64,000 nt of DNA from Ginglymostoma cirratum (lineage: Eukaryota), in NCBI GenBank assembly GCA_024137785.1, contig JAHRHZ010000267.1:14149454-14213453 (forward strand). The letters are read 5' to 3'. Below the pieces are notes generated by a model. That model saw only the letters and a list, made by a program, of their open reading frames with translations. It searched no databases and was not told the origin of the DNA. Position 1 is the stretch's first letter. Each line of letters begins with the position of its first letter. Below are positions 1 through 12,959 of the stretch, piece by piece. Both the position numbers and the translations under genes were made by a program.

Positions 1-1431
1 GTGTCTGACAGGACAATTCAATTTAGTGAGATCTGTGCTAATGTTTCTAAACTACTTGTTCAATAAGAAACAACCGCTAGTAACGATTCACAGGACAGAC
101 AGATCTGCCAATTTTCTCGCAAGCATGCAGACAATTGTAACGAGCAATGTGACCTTTCTGAATGTCACACATCACAAAATCTGGTGACACAAAGCGACAG
201 GGCGTCAAAATAAAAGAAGGCATGCTTTTTTGATACTGTTATCTGTGCAAACGTGTTGTGATATACATTATATAAAGAAAATTCATTACATTTTGAAGGT
301 AGAATCAAAGTGAAAGGCCATTGTGTGCATCGAGACCAGTCTGCATCATAGTGTTATATATTGTGACAGGATGATGAATGCCATAAAACACAATGCCATC
401 CCAAATTCACTGCCGGTTTACTGAGGTACCTAGTGTAAAATACATTAATTAATATTGTTTCAAGTCAAGTCCGACATTTCAAGTTATAGTTGAAAAACAA
501 TGGGTGGATGCAACCCTGAAGTAGAAACAATAAAGAAAACAACTGAAAATGACAATCAGCTTTTCTGCTTGCTACATCAGACCTGATTCTTGATTTTGTA
601 ATTGTGAGTGTGTCGGAATCGTTTGGTTGTAATTTTAAACTTCCCTACAGCTAAGCCCCTCTTCTAACATTTCCTGCTACCCCACTGCTGCCCAACACTA
701 AGCATGCCATAACAGCGGGGTGGACAAGTGTATGAACAGTAACGTATGTTGGGCAGTGGATAAACTGCGAACACTGCAAATCGCAGTCCACAGAGCTTAA
801 TTTATCAATGGCACGTAGTTGAGACCCAATCTGCACAAAGCTGCAGTAATCGTAGCTAAGCGCCCAAACAAGCAACATATGAGTGCTTGATCCTGTAATT
901 CACTGGACAAGAATTACATTGACTGTGCTGATCAAAAAATAATTCCCATTCCTCAGAAAAGCAGGCAGGTTTGGTTCAATGAACACAGCGTGAATTCGCC
1001 CATAGACTGAAGCTGAGCAGTTTTGGGAAGTAACTCAGAAGCCAATGCACCAGCAAAAAGGATGGAGTCATTGAACACCATCTCAACAGAATGATAGTGG
1101 AAGGCAAGAGACCTGTGAAAGGCACAACAGTGAGAAGAAAGCAATTAGAAGATGATTGCCTCCAACTAAGTAAGCGAAGGACCTTAATTAACTCTTGTGC
1201 ATTCCTGTTGATTCTTACGTTTCTCTCAATGCTACTGTCCTAAATCTACTAAATTTGCTCTATCTAGCCTTCAGAGCTTTTCCATCACCATTCAGAACTA
1301 GGTCAGGCTGGTTCCAAAGGTATCTGCTGTCATTTTTGAAAGCATCTCCCCCACCCATCAGCTGTTCCTCCAGCCCAAGACCTTGGTTTTACCTTTCAGC
1401 TGCACTGGCTTCATAATATTCACAGTATGTG

Positions 1432-1537
1432 GACCCAGGGCTTCATTCTATGCTCCTTCATACTGTGTTCAGCTGACACGCTGACCCAGGGCTTCATTCT
1501 ATGCTCCTTCATACTGGGTTCAGCTGGCACGCTGACC
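1432..1537. repeat. 51-bp tandem duplication (2 copies)
   Basis: gacccagggcttcattctatgctccttcatactg(t/g)gttcagctg(a/g)cacgct at 1432 and 1483, with 2 mismatches. Confidence 0.9.
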
Positions 1538-1689
1538 TGAATTTTTAGCAGCTGAGCTAATTTGGCCAAAATTCTGAAGTGTCCCCGAAAGCCATATAAA
1601 TGATGCTCTGCAGATACTGCATTATTTGCCATCATATTCCTTGAGGTCACTGAAGTTTGCACACGCAGTTGATGACATGATTCTTTCTT

Positions 1690-2160
1690 GTTGTCTGTCT
1701 TCCATTATTCCAGTCAGTTAGACTGTCTGTCTACTTGGTTCTGTTTTTAAATATCCAGAGCAGCTCTATCAATAGATACTCTTCCCATCTCGCGGGATCA
1801 CCTCCAGAGTTCCCCAAGGATCCAACCATGGCCCTTTCTCTTGGCATCAAAGTTTGTAAAATTGGGGTCAACTTTCCCATCTGTATTACTGATTAGTCCT
1901 GCTCCTTTACAAGTGCTCCCAGCTCCTCCAAGTACTCATGGCGATCAAAGTGTTGACTTTGATATCCAGTCTTGGGTGAATCATAACTTCCTCCAGCACA
2001 ACACTGAGAACCAAAATCCATATCTTCTGCTGCAAACTCCATCGTCTCCTCATTGATTCCATTCCCTTGCTGCGGCAGTCTGTTTGCAAGCTCAGATCCT
2101 GTTCAACCACAAGTGAACTTCTGACCTCTCCATCAATAGGACACTCAAGTTACGCTTTTG
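1690..2160 (+). mobile_element. Decayed L2-type LINE reverse transcriptase fragment
   Basis: agagttccccaaggatccaaccatggcccttt reads as a degenerate GVPQGS-LGP RT motif, followed by IQSWVNHNFLQHNTE, resembling I..WM..NFL.LN..K. Confidence 0.55.
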
Positions 2161-2189
2161 CAACAAGTTGCACCTATATGCCTAACACT

Positions 2190-2540
2190 GACCTTTGGCA
2201 GAAGCTTTTCTGTGTGCATGTGATAAAGTACCACACAATAGACTTGTTAGGAAAATTCAAACCATGGGATGGCAAAGAGAGTGGCTGAGTGCACAGAACC
2301 AAAAGTGGCAATTTGCCATGTTTCAGACTAGAGGGCAGAGACAATAGTGACTATCAGGGATCATTTTGGGACCGCTATGGTTTTTGATATATGTTAATTC
2401 CTTGGACTTGAGTGTACACAGTGTAATTCCATTCTTGGAAAATGTCCAAAACTCAGAAGAGTGCTTAACAGAGAAGAGGATGGTAAGAGGTTTGCATCTG
2501 CATGCGCCAGTTAGTGGAATGAACTTCAATGTGAGATAGT
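2190..2540 (+). mobile_element. Decayed CR1 LINE RT fragment
   Basis: FDKVPH-like gataaagtaccacac, PQGS-LGP-like caggggatcattttgggacc and W-M-FN-like tggaatgaacttcaatg occur in the expected order. Confidence 0.5.
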
Positions 2541-3399
2541 GATGACCAAGTTCCTGATTCCAAATCAGTCTGTATTCATCCTGGGGTTGGAAGGTCCCAT
2601 CTTTCCCTCTGCCCCCACCCCCCAAAAGGAGGGAAAAGATGTAGACAGTTTTATTAAGAGACCAACCTGCAAACTAATTGGGGGAGAAAAAGTCAAGAGG
2701 AACTGCCCTCCCCCTGACAAAGAAGAGCAAAGGAGCACAAGGACGGTAACAAAATTGGCTCGGACTGAGGAGGCAAGCTTGGTTTAGTGAGAGAAACTTG
2801 CTTATCTTAAACCTGGAAACAGGATCAGATAGCTGGCCAGTAACATTAAGCAAGCTCACTGATAAGAACGTAGACAAATGGCAGACAGGAAAAGAGCAGC
2901 TGGTCCATTTAACATGCTTGACACTTATGATGCCTGGGGATTCATTAAGAAAACATGTTCTGACCCAGCAACCATGTAATCACTTGAAAATGACAAATAA
3001 AACAGAAACAAAAAAACGGGTAAATAAGAGGAAAATTAAATTTTCTCCAATCTCTTTCAAGCGATCACCTTCACCGTGCACATATTAAATATTAATTCAC
3101 CTACTTTTTAAACTTGTCACTTTCATATTTTTTCTGTTGATGAGGAGGGTTCCAGAGACTGTTGAATCAAGTGGCTGATTACACTTTTTACACTGTATGT
3201 TCACTGGTTACATGCAAAATAGAATAGCTTAATTTGGAGCTAGACATTTCTCATCAAAAGTTTCACATCACTCAGAAAGTTTGAAAAGGTATACGTGAGG
3301 AACATAAAACTAATTCAGATCATAAACGTCATGGTAACAGTATCTTAAAACTGTGCATTGTGCAACACCGATAGATGCCTGAATGTAAGATGCTCAGGC

Positions 3400-3990
3400 A
3401 ATATTGAGAACAGACCCCAAGAAAGGTCTGAGGATATGGGTGAGGGTCAGGCAGGATGTGGTGTGGGATGCGGAGCAGAAGTTTGGATATGCTGATAAAA
3501 TGTGTGCAGAGTGGAAGGCAGGAGGCCTGTCAGAGAGACCCGAGTAATAGAGACTGGAGATTTAAAAAAATAGCAATAATGAAGTCAGCAATGTCTGAGA
3601 TCAGTGTGGAAGTATATATATTGATAGACGTGGATGGGTAGAATAACCTTTTTAATGACGAGAATACGAGTTGGATTCAAGCAGAAATGAAGGTTTCACA
3701 TCTTGTTTCATCAGTCTGAGGCTATTGCTGTGCATGAGTCAGTGGTGAGTGTGCGCGGAGAACCAGAGACAATGGTTTTTGTCTTAGCCTCATACAGAAG
3801 ACTGCATTTAGGATCGATAACATAGACTTATGGGTGCTGGGAAAGATGATGGAGAAGTTGAACTTGGTATCATCAATATACAGCTAGAGAAAATCAAGCA
3901 TTGACGTTTTGGGAACTTGAAGTCAGAGTGCGGAGGTGGTGTCATGGTCATTCCTAAAGCTGTTTGAGACATGGACATGACTTACATTTT
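3400..3990 (-). mobile_element. Decayed L2-type LINE fragment
   Basis: Purine-rich + strand with remnants colinear with reverse-oriented L2 ORF2; highly degenerate. Confidence 0.35.
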
Positions 3991-4579
3991 TTTAAAAAAG
4001 AAGGCAGCAATACGAAACATTGAAAATAAACCGTCATGAAAATGCGCTCCAGAAAGTCAGACAACTTCTGTTTTGGTTTCTGAAGATGGAGAGAGAAACA
4101 ATAAGTGAGGAGTTCATTAAAATGCAAATTGGTCTGTCAGGTCTATCACCAATTCAAAATGTCAATGACTGCCAGCTCTATAAAGATGGGATTTCAAAGA
4201 AAGTGATTCAATGAGAGTAGTCATAACTGAAATGTTGATGGTTCATTAAGTATTCTTCCACAGTGTTTTAGTTACTTTGGTTTCCGTTGTGTGGACCGTG
4301 GAATACGTAGATACTGACATCACATGACTGAAACTGGCTGGTAAAGGAGCAAACAGCTTAATAATTCACAAGGGGAACCCAACCAGGCAGTCTAGATCAA
4401 GCATCTGATTGAGAGATTATCCAGCAAAAGAAAGAATGCCAGCTCAAAATGACAGTGATCTCAGGCAGTGAAAATGGCACAGAAACCAAAATTGCTGGAG
4501 AAACTCAGCAGCTCTGGCAGCATATGTGGAGAGAGAGAACAAAGGTTTTTCTGTGACACTCAGTTCCTGTAAATGAGAA

Positions 4580-5200
4580 TTGGATGCAGTTGACTGTCAT
4601 GGAATGTAAATAGTCATTGGTCACAATGCAAGCATTTGGTTTGTATTGTGGGTGCAAACTGCACCTTGTAATCGTTTTGTCAGTGTTTGTTTTTGCTGGC
4701 TGTGAATAAGAGCTCCCCTTTGGAATTGCCCATTTGCTTGCCTGTATCTTGATGTTCCCCACCTGGACAATAAAAAGCTGCAGGTCAACTGTGGGCATTG
4801 GAGACAGGGTGTTGGTGACCAGAAGAGGGTGTTTAGACAAGGTGTAGCTAAGATGTTGCTTTGTGTTTAAACACTGATAATGTTGAGAGAATATGAGGGA
4901 GTGTCAGCCATGCCAGCTATGTGCCATGACCAGTCAGTCTTTATGGTGATGGTGCCATTGCATTACTGGTGAGGGGCAGTACCTGATTTTCATTGCTTGG
5001 CCAGATGTATGGCAGTCTTCTAGAGATGGCATGAACATCAGGGATGCTAGTCTTTTGGACGATGTGCTGTAAATGGGGAATATTCCTTGAACTGCAGGTG
5101 GTAGAATGGGCCTAGAATTAAGCGAGTGGGCAGAGCTCCAGGGGCAAGGTAGTTTGTTAACGAGGCAAATTTGGTGAAACACAATGAGAGATCTCACAAG
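4580..5200 (-). mobile_element. Decayed CR1-clade LINE fragment
   Basis: Resembles the reverse-oriented LINE family also seen at 52310-54460. Confidence 0.35.
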
Positions 5201-6449
5201 GCATCACAGAAACCACACCACAACCGCCCCCCCCCGCCGATAAGAAACTCAATGAAACTAATACAGCCAGATTCAGCCCATTGGTACTTGTAGGATTTTG
5301 TTTTGTGCAAAATTGCTGCTATGTTCCCCCTCTTACATTAGTAATCGCTTCAAAAGTATTGTATTGTAAATCATTCGAAAATGTCTGGTGGTCATGAGAG
5401 CTCCTGTATATTTGCCTTACCAGCTGTCTCTTTTATCAGTATTCCTTCAGTCTGGTATAGCACACATTTAGCATTGGTCTACGTGTGATTTATAACTCAA
5501 AGTGAGCTGTGTAACAATTTGAAATTTGCAGCATGACTAAAATTAATTGGCTGCAAGTCTTCCCTCTCAATAATTGCCTCAATTGATCTTTTATAGTTCA
5601 TTGGTGTAAAAGATTTATTGCCATGTTCTGCCTGTGTCAGGATTTGCAAACTAATGTAAATACCACTGAAGCGCAGCGTAGCACCTAGTCTGCAATCTTC
5701 TCCGAGGTGGATACGTCAGCATTTAAAATTCCAGCTAGTCAGAGTATCCCCTCAAGACCCCTGAATGCCTAAAGTCTGTGTTGTGCTGTGATTTAGGTGA
5801 AAACAAACATTGTTGCCTCTGCCATAAAGTGGAATGTCAAATTTATTTTTCCTGACATAGGAGAATCCATCTAGTGGCCCAGGAGAGAAATGACAAATGT
5901 TGCAGTCATTCCTGGTTATGTGTCTGAGAGTGTAATTTGAGATCTACATTACAATGATGTTCATCATAAACAATGCAATACCTTTCAACAGTGGAAAGGA
6001 AGTCTCTAAACTTACTGAGCACTGATAAGTAAACAACATTTGCAAGGTGTGAAATCAACCTGCCTGAAGTGTAATATGAATTAGACTCAGCTAAAATCTT
6101 TGGGAAAAAGAAGACTGTACGTACCACTAATTGGGTCAGAATTGTCCCTCTTCAAACTACAAGCTATGATTAATGACAACTATTGATGTCAGCCAACACT
6201 GCAATTTGAACTTGCATGACAAATTTATTGAGTGAGCATTTCCTAACATTTTGTGGTGAGGATCGCACGCCATCTAACAGAAGCAAGGAAGCTGTTTCTT
6301 CCTGACATTACAAGGCATGATCCCGTATTCTCTGTGAGGTACTATATTCAACAGGAGCATGGATTGAAGGACTAGAGACCCAGAGTTTAATCCTGTATCT
6401 GATCTATCAGTGGAAGCATTCTTCCCTGCAACACAGCAGGGTTCCTGCA

Positions 6450-6760
6450 CAAGCTCACTCCAGAGACTTGAGCAGATTATTTAGGCTGACAATTGAGTGC
6501 AGTACCAAGATAATGCTGCCTCGGTTTTCAAGTGAAATTTTAAACTCGTGCCTTTGCAGGTGGAGCTAAAAAATCCTATGACATCAATTGGATAAGGATA
6601 TGGGAGGGTTCCCAGTGTCCTTGTCAACATTTATCCTTTAAACAATACCTGAAAACAGATGATAATTCATTTCATTGCTGGTCATGGTCCCTTTTGTCTT
6701 GGTGCAGAATTATACAGCAATGACTACATCTCAGAAATATATAATTGACCATTGTTACAT
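6450..6760 (+). mobile_element. Deu-domain SINE (SacSINE1/AmnSINE1-related)
   Basis: cactccagagacttgagca...aggctgaca...gtgcagtac...caggtgga...aaaaatcctatg...gtgtccttgtcaacatttatcc is colinear with the copies at 12960 and 44985. Confidence 0.65.
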
Positions 6761-9351
6761 TTTGTCATACAAACGTAGAATGTAACTTCTTTCTTTTTAT
6801 GGCCACTATGAATGCAGTTCTCTGCAGGGTATATGAGACTGCCAAATCAACCGTAAACAATTGCACAGGATACTTTAGCCAGAGTGACAATGGCAAATTT
6901 GAATGACTTTGTTAAGAATTTGTTGAATGTGCCTTTTGTTGGTGTGATGTGGGTATCGGCAATATATTGTCAGGAATGGGATCCCGCCAGCCATTAAGTT
7001 CTGCCGATCACATTAACAGGACTGTGGTTACTTTACTTTGAAAATTCACATCTGATTACAGCCTTTCAGCCACATTGTCTGATCATTATTACATTGTCCT
7101 CTGTGGGAACTTGCTGCATGCAGATTGACTGCTGTGTTTCATAGATTATCACAGTGACAACACATAAAAAGTGCTTACTTGACTCCTCTCTGTCTGTCCA
7201 TCCTCCTTGTTGACCCTACTTGTTCTTCCATCCTTGTCTCGCTCTTCCCCTGTTCCTCTAGTTATTTTTAATCAACCTGTTTGAACATGCTCACCTTCTG
7301 GCCCAGAGGCAGAGACACTAGCCTTGTGCTGCAAAAGAATTCTCCGCTGTCCCTGTACCCTCTTCTTATTTAGGAGGAATTATAGGATTGATCATCAGTT
7401 GCAAGTAATCTATCAAGCAGGGTAAGGTGAAAGATGAAACACAGCTAAATGCTGCATTACAATGTTAGCAACTGTAACAGCAGTATTCAAATCACAAAAG
7501 CACAACACCGAACAATTATCTGTTTTAATTGGATAAGAGATTTAAGGAAGCAGATAAGTTTTCTTTTATTACATTGGGAAGGCTTTTTTCATATCAGATG
7601 TAAAAGCGCATCTATTGTATATCAATAGATGCTCAATAATCAAGTCGACAATTATTTTGAATAGTTGTAATGACATCAAAAACATTGATAATGCATCAGA
7701 TTTGTTAATACCAGCAGAAATCCTTTGATTGAATTATTGCTGTAATTGCCTTGATGACCATTTTTATTATTCATGCTTGATGTTCCTTTTACCAATAAAA
7801 TAATTTCTCTCCATAGCATTCTGCAATTAGTTTGAATATTCACCACGGGATAACAAAGGTCCAGTAAAGAATATGATGGTGATCTATCGGTGAATGATGT
7901 TGAGGATGTTTATTGTTTGAAGAGCAAAGGATCTGACGTGGTGAATACACCTCCCAAAGTTCTCTCAAGAATGGAATGAGGATGGCGCTTGACATCCTTA
8001 TAAATGCCATAAATAAATTGAACCTAACGTGTGGCATGACTTTTGTGAGGCAAGACTTAGTGTGTCTGAGATACAGCATGTGTTCATACCTTTGCTACAA
8101 TTTGTCATGATCCTTTGTTGAAGTAACATCTTGAGCCCCGTGACCTTGCAAGGTTGGAAAACTGATGGACCAAAACCAATGAGAGAGTGATTTTTACTCA
8201 CAAGCCAGAGAGTAGCTTTCGCCAGGCTTTTGAAGTAAGCAGTTGGGGAGCAGGTGGTGGTGTGGAATAGCAACTTCAGAGAATGACAAGACAAGACAGT
8301 TTAGGACATGGACAGACCACCAGCATTGCATGTGGACTGTAAAGTAGTTTTCAAACACAAAAAGACAAAAAAAAAGTAGTTACAGAAAAGAGCAGGGGAA
8401 TGGCTGTATGATGGAGCCAGCACAAACTCCATCTGCATCCTTCTATGTTTCTGCTTGATCCAAAAATGACGTGGACTTTTCCATATTTTTAATGCATGGA
8501 CCTAGCTCCATGCTCCAGATGATTGAATACTTCTGGTGTAATGAACAATGAAAAAGACATTTTGCATTTTATGAGTGCTGTTTAAGACATATATAGACGT
8601 TTTTCTGTCTTGTAGTGTTCAGTGGGGTAGTATAATCGCTGTCCTCATGAGATTCACAGTCCATCACATCCAACTACACTGAAGAGGATAAAGTGACAAA
8701 GTTGTGCTAGTGAATACGACTTGACCCTGGTGGAGTGCTTTGGCTGGTGGTTATTTTGTGGGTTAGCTGGGTGACACAAGTGAGATTTTATTTGTGCTGC
8801 TGATGTTCCACAATGTTTAGGGGCAGCCTTGGTGAGAGGGGAGTTGCCATGGTTACAGCTGAGCACTCACTAATGGTGAGAATGAGCACATAGCTATTTG
8901 ATTTATTTTTAAACGGCCAATGATTCAGAGAACCTTGCTCTGGTCAGACTGTTATCACTCATCCATGGACAAACCCTGTAACCCATGAGGAACGAACCAT
9001 GGCCTCAGCCTTGCACATTACACAAAAAGTGATTATTTTAATATGCAGCCTCAGAAAAACTATTGCAACAGTTTCCATGAATTGAATGAAGCTTCCCATG
9101 TTAAATCTTCAGCTGAACCGTGATCACTTACAAGTACTTAAAGTTTGCACCCAGTGTACGTGTGAGTCACTTGCCTACGATGCAGACAACTGTATCTTTA
9201 ACAAACAAATAGTCTTCCGTCTTTGGATTTTGAGACTGAGTGTAAACTGAGTACAGTCTGATAGGATGAAAACCTCTGCTGAGTCAATGTCTCCTGAACA
9301 AAAAAGATTTACCAGCTATCATCCAGTATCTATGTTGCCTTATGTGTGCCC

Positions 9352-9666
9352 AGCTCAGTAGTTAGCACTGCTACCTCACGCGCCAGGAACCCGGCCTCGA
9401 TTCCACCCTTGGGAAACTGTCTGTGTGGAGTTTGCACGTTCTCCCCGTGTCTGCGTTGGTTTTTTCCGGGTTCTCCGGTTTCCTCCCGCAGTCCAAAGAT
9501 GTGCAGGCTAGGTGGATTGGCCATGCTAAATTACCCATAGTGCTGAGGGATGTGTAGATTAGGTGGGTTATAGGGGGATAGGTCAGGGTGGGATGTCTGA
9601 GAGGCAGTGTGGACTTGTTGGGCCGAAAAGCCTGTTTCCACACTGTAGGGATTCTATGATCTATGA
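9352..9666 (+). mobile_element. HE1-type tRNA-derived V-SINE, near full length
   Basis: A-box-like gctcagtagttagc, B-box-like ggcctcgattcc, V-domain tgtgtggagtttgcacgttctccccgtgtctgcg, and CR1-like tail cctgtttccacactgtagggattctatga. Confidence 0.88.
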
Positions 9667-10479
9667 AAATTGACCATAATGTCAAATAACAAAAAAAAAT
9701 AGATTGGCAAACTGCCCAAGGATCAGTACATTGTTGCTGTGCATATTGGAAATGTTGCATTAGTGCTCTGGAAATACTCCAGTGAGGTAGGATTCAGAGA
9801 TGGGGTAATAGTACAACCATTCCACTGTGTTCTAATTGTTTATATTTAACACAGACAAGTATTCCATTTTGCACCATCTAGTAGAAAACAAATAAATGTT
9901 CCCTTTTGTTGGGACAGACCAGGGAAACTTTGATTGCATCTTCTACTGCAGTTAGGAGTGTCTGATGACCAGATTAGATGCTGTTTGTTCCATTTGTAAG
10001 AAGTGACATCTTGATATTAATAAGCACAAAATATTACACCCAAACCTAATGTTATATGCATGGAAAGGCTCTTCTAATTTTGTGAGTTAATTCTGAGTAA
10101 ATTGAATTAACAATTTTTGGGTAACCCATTCCTTCCTTTGATTCTCCTTTCAGAATCACATCATTTAAATAAAGTATTGCACAAAGATGAAGGTGCATGC
10201 GGTTTAAAAAAGTATGACACCTCAATAATTAAGGTATTGTTTTAGTAATACATTGGATATTGTGAATACATTGGATAATGTGAATGCATGAATACATAAT
10301 GCAAATGTTACACTGAGTGCGCTGGAAAGACAAATCAAGTGAATGCAGTGGAAAGTCAGAGAAAATTCCCTTCCTGTGGGGATCTTCAGGTCTGAAAGTA
10401 AAAGATGAGCTGGTATAATATATATATATGAATTACATCTATTTTACAGTTTAGAGTTTGAACTGGTGGCATATGGGTG

Positions 10480-11293
10480 TTGGTCTGTATGTATGGGTGG
10501 GGAGTTTAATGATTAAAAGTATTAGTATTCCTGGAGGCATCATTTTAGAAACAGTATGAGAGAGAGAGAGTTCCCAGATTGATCATAGGAGGTTGTTTAT
10601 ATTGTGAGAGTCTTATCATCAGACAGAGTAAATACTGAAAAATATTAGTTGGCATTGGGTGGAGAAAAATCAGGTCTTTTTAAACTTAAGGAAAAAAAGC
10701 TGTAGCTTGGAAAGGTTTTTAGGTCAGCTCATCAAAGTCGTGGTTGTCGTTAGACATCAGATTACAGTTTTTCCTGAAGAAAAGAGCTAGGAATAGCTTA
10801 CCTCAGTGTAAGAGTTGTACTTTGAAAGTTCCATACCAGAAGCATTTGTTTAGAACTCAGAAGGGTTACTTGAAGCTGGCAACGTCGAGGCTCCATGTTA
10901 TGACCGATCAAGGAAAAAAAACTATCAAACTCTCAAGGTTAGAAATTGAAAGAAACAAACAAATCCAACCTGTAGATGTGATAAAGGCGGGATCGCTCTC
11001 TGGTATTTGAGTAGTGTACAATGATGGTGTTGATTAGTTGGGATTCTATTTTTACTGTGTGTTTCAAAATCATTTACATTGTGCTACTTATAATTGGTTT
11101 AGTTTATTCGATTTTGCATCATTTCTTTTGCATAATGACTTTTATTGTTAAAACCAAATCTGCAGCATTGTCTGTTTATGTTTCAGTGAAAAACCATACC
11201 TCTTTAAAGAAATAAAACAAAATGTAATCTATCAAGCAAGATTTCAGTCTGGGATCTGACTTGTCCAGTAATAACTTCGGCTGAGATTATAAC
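10480..11293 (+). mobile_element. Probable solo LTR of a Gypsy-type retrotransposon (5' end uncertain)
   Basis: Ends in LTR-like ...gggatctgacttgtccag...gattataACA, with an internal (AG)n and U-rich region and no coding remnants. Confidence 0.35.
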
Positions 11294-11624
11294 ATCAGAA
11301 TGGACCTTATTGTCTCTATCTGCTCGTCACAATGAGCATTCAAATGCAATTTTATAGGCTTTCCATTTCAGGGCAGCATACCTTCGTATGATGTTCAGAA
11401 TTATGAGTAGTCCTTTACCTGTCAATTCCTATTGTCTGACAACAAGCAGTACAAACAAAATTGTGCCATGTTCCCATCACTTTGTTTTTTTAATCTTCTA
11501 ATCTCTTTTTTGCCTCTTCCCCTAAAGGCACTACCACACACTTGGGTTCCAGGAACATTTCTCCAAGATCTCACCCAAGTGAACACTTCCTTATATGGAC
11601 TAAGGCAGTGAGTTGCAATAGGCT

Positions 11625-11807
11625 CAGAGATAATAGGAACTGCAGATGCTGGAGAATCCGAGATAACAAGGTGTAGAGCTGGATGAACACAGCAGGCCAA
11701 GCAGCATCATAGGAGCAGGAAGGCTGACATTTCGGGCCTAGACCCTTCATCAGAAAAAATGATGAAGGGTCTAGGCCTGAAACATCAGCCTTCCTGCTCC
11801 TGTGATG
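11625..11807. mobile_element. Penelope-derived fold-back element (family A) with two hammerhead-like cores
   Basis: Inverted arms centred near 11756. The minus arm carries the element 3' terminus; the plus arm is truncated. TSD caataggct (11616-11624) / cagtaggct (11814-11822). Confidence 0.8.
11726..11753 (-). ncRNA. Minimal hammerhead-ribozyme-like motif
   Basis: Minus strand reads CUGAUGA-A-GGGU CUAG GCCC-GAAA-UG-UC: intact CUGAUGA and GAAA boxes, a 4-bp stem II and a GUC triplet. Confidence 0.65.
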
Positions 11808-11937
11808 TATTTTCAGTAGGCTATTGACTGTGCGAGGCTGCATGACAGTGAAAGACAATTACATGGTGATTTGACCAGAAGCACTGACAATCATTTTAAT
11901 CAAATTATGTGGTTGCTATTTACTTTCCCAGTCCATA

Positions 11938-12272
11938 TTTGATCAGAGGATTAGATAGGGTGGGCAGTGAGAGCCTTTTTCCTCGGATGGTGATGGCTAG
12001 CATGAGGGGACATAGCTTTAAACTGAGGGGTGATAGATATAGGACAGATGTCAGAGGTAGGTTCTTTACTCAGAGAGTAATAAAGGCGCGGAATGCCCTG
12101 CCTGCAACAGTAGTAGACTCGCCAACTTTAAGGGCCTTCAAATGGTCATTGGATAAACATAGGGATGATAATGGAATAGTGTAGGTTAGATGGGCTTCAG
12201 ATTGGTTTCACAGGTCGGCGCAACATCGAGGGCCGAAGGGCCTGTACTGAGCTGTAATGTTCTATGTTCTAT
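11938..12272 (+). mobile_element. CR1 (HER1-like) LINE 3' end, 5'-truncated and relatively young
   Basis: Open frame IRGLDRV..ESLFPR...RGHSFKLRGDRYRTDVRGRFFTQRVIKARNALP is the CR1 ORF2 C-terminus, followed by the tail gggccgaagggcctgtactg...ttctatgttctat. Confidence 0.9.
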
Positions 12273-12959
12273 TGTTAGAATTCTAGAGCAGCGACTTTAG
12301 GTTTAGAAACTGATAAAAATCATACAGTAAATATTATTTTCCCCTCCTCATCGTACCTTAGTAAATAAATGAATGCACTGGGAGTGGAAAGATTTGTTTT
12401 TGACCCAGCTACTTAATGTCATCACTTTTAAGTCATAGGCTAACTGTTCATACAGCTGCCATATCTGAAGTAGAATAGGTTTGTGCTTGTACTGAATTGA
12501 ATCATTTTCGAACATGTTCTTTAAGTGTTGTTCAAAAAGTTTATTTTTGACCTATTGACGTGCAGTGTGAAAAAAAAAAGCTACGTTGTTTTGCAAAAAA
12601 ACACTAACTTGATCAGGCCTCACTTACCCTGAAATTGAAATGGTGCAGAGAAGATTAACATGCTTTATTCAGCATGGCCATTGTTTTCACTTTCCCCTTC
12701 TTTAGATGAAAGGCTAAAAGTTAATGTCGGCAGTATCAGTCGATGAATGGTCATTTGTATGGTGTTTTCTGCCCAGCATTTTAATGAAGGCACCAACTGC
12801 TTATTTAAAAACGTTTTCAATAAAAGTGAGGCGAGAGGAGGATTTTGCAAGCAGCAATCATTCATTAATAGTGCCAGAAGCCATTTCCTGTCTGCGAAGG
12901 GAATTGCCTCCATTTGAATTAGCTGACGGTGGTTAGTGCAGCAGATGATTACAGAGTGA

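Noticed and set aside
9352-9425. tRNA gene suggested by A and B boxes
   Set aside because: It is the head of an HE1 SINE, continuous with the V-domain and LINE-derived tail.
10247-10285. 18-bp tandem duplication aatacattggat(at/aa)tgtg
   Set aside because: Ordinary slippage duplication with two copies; not an array.
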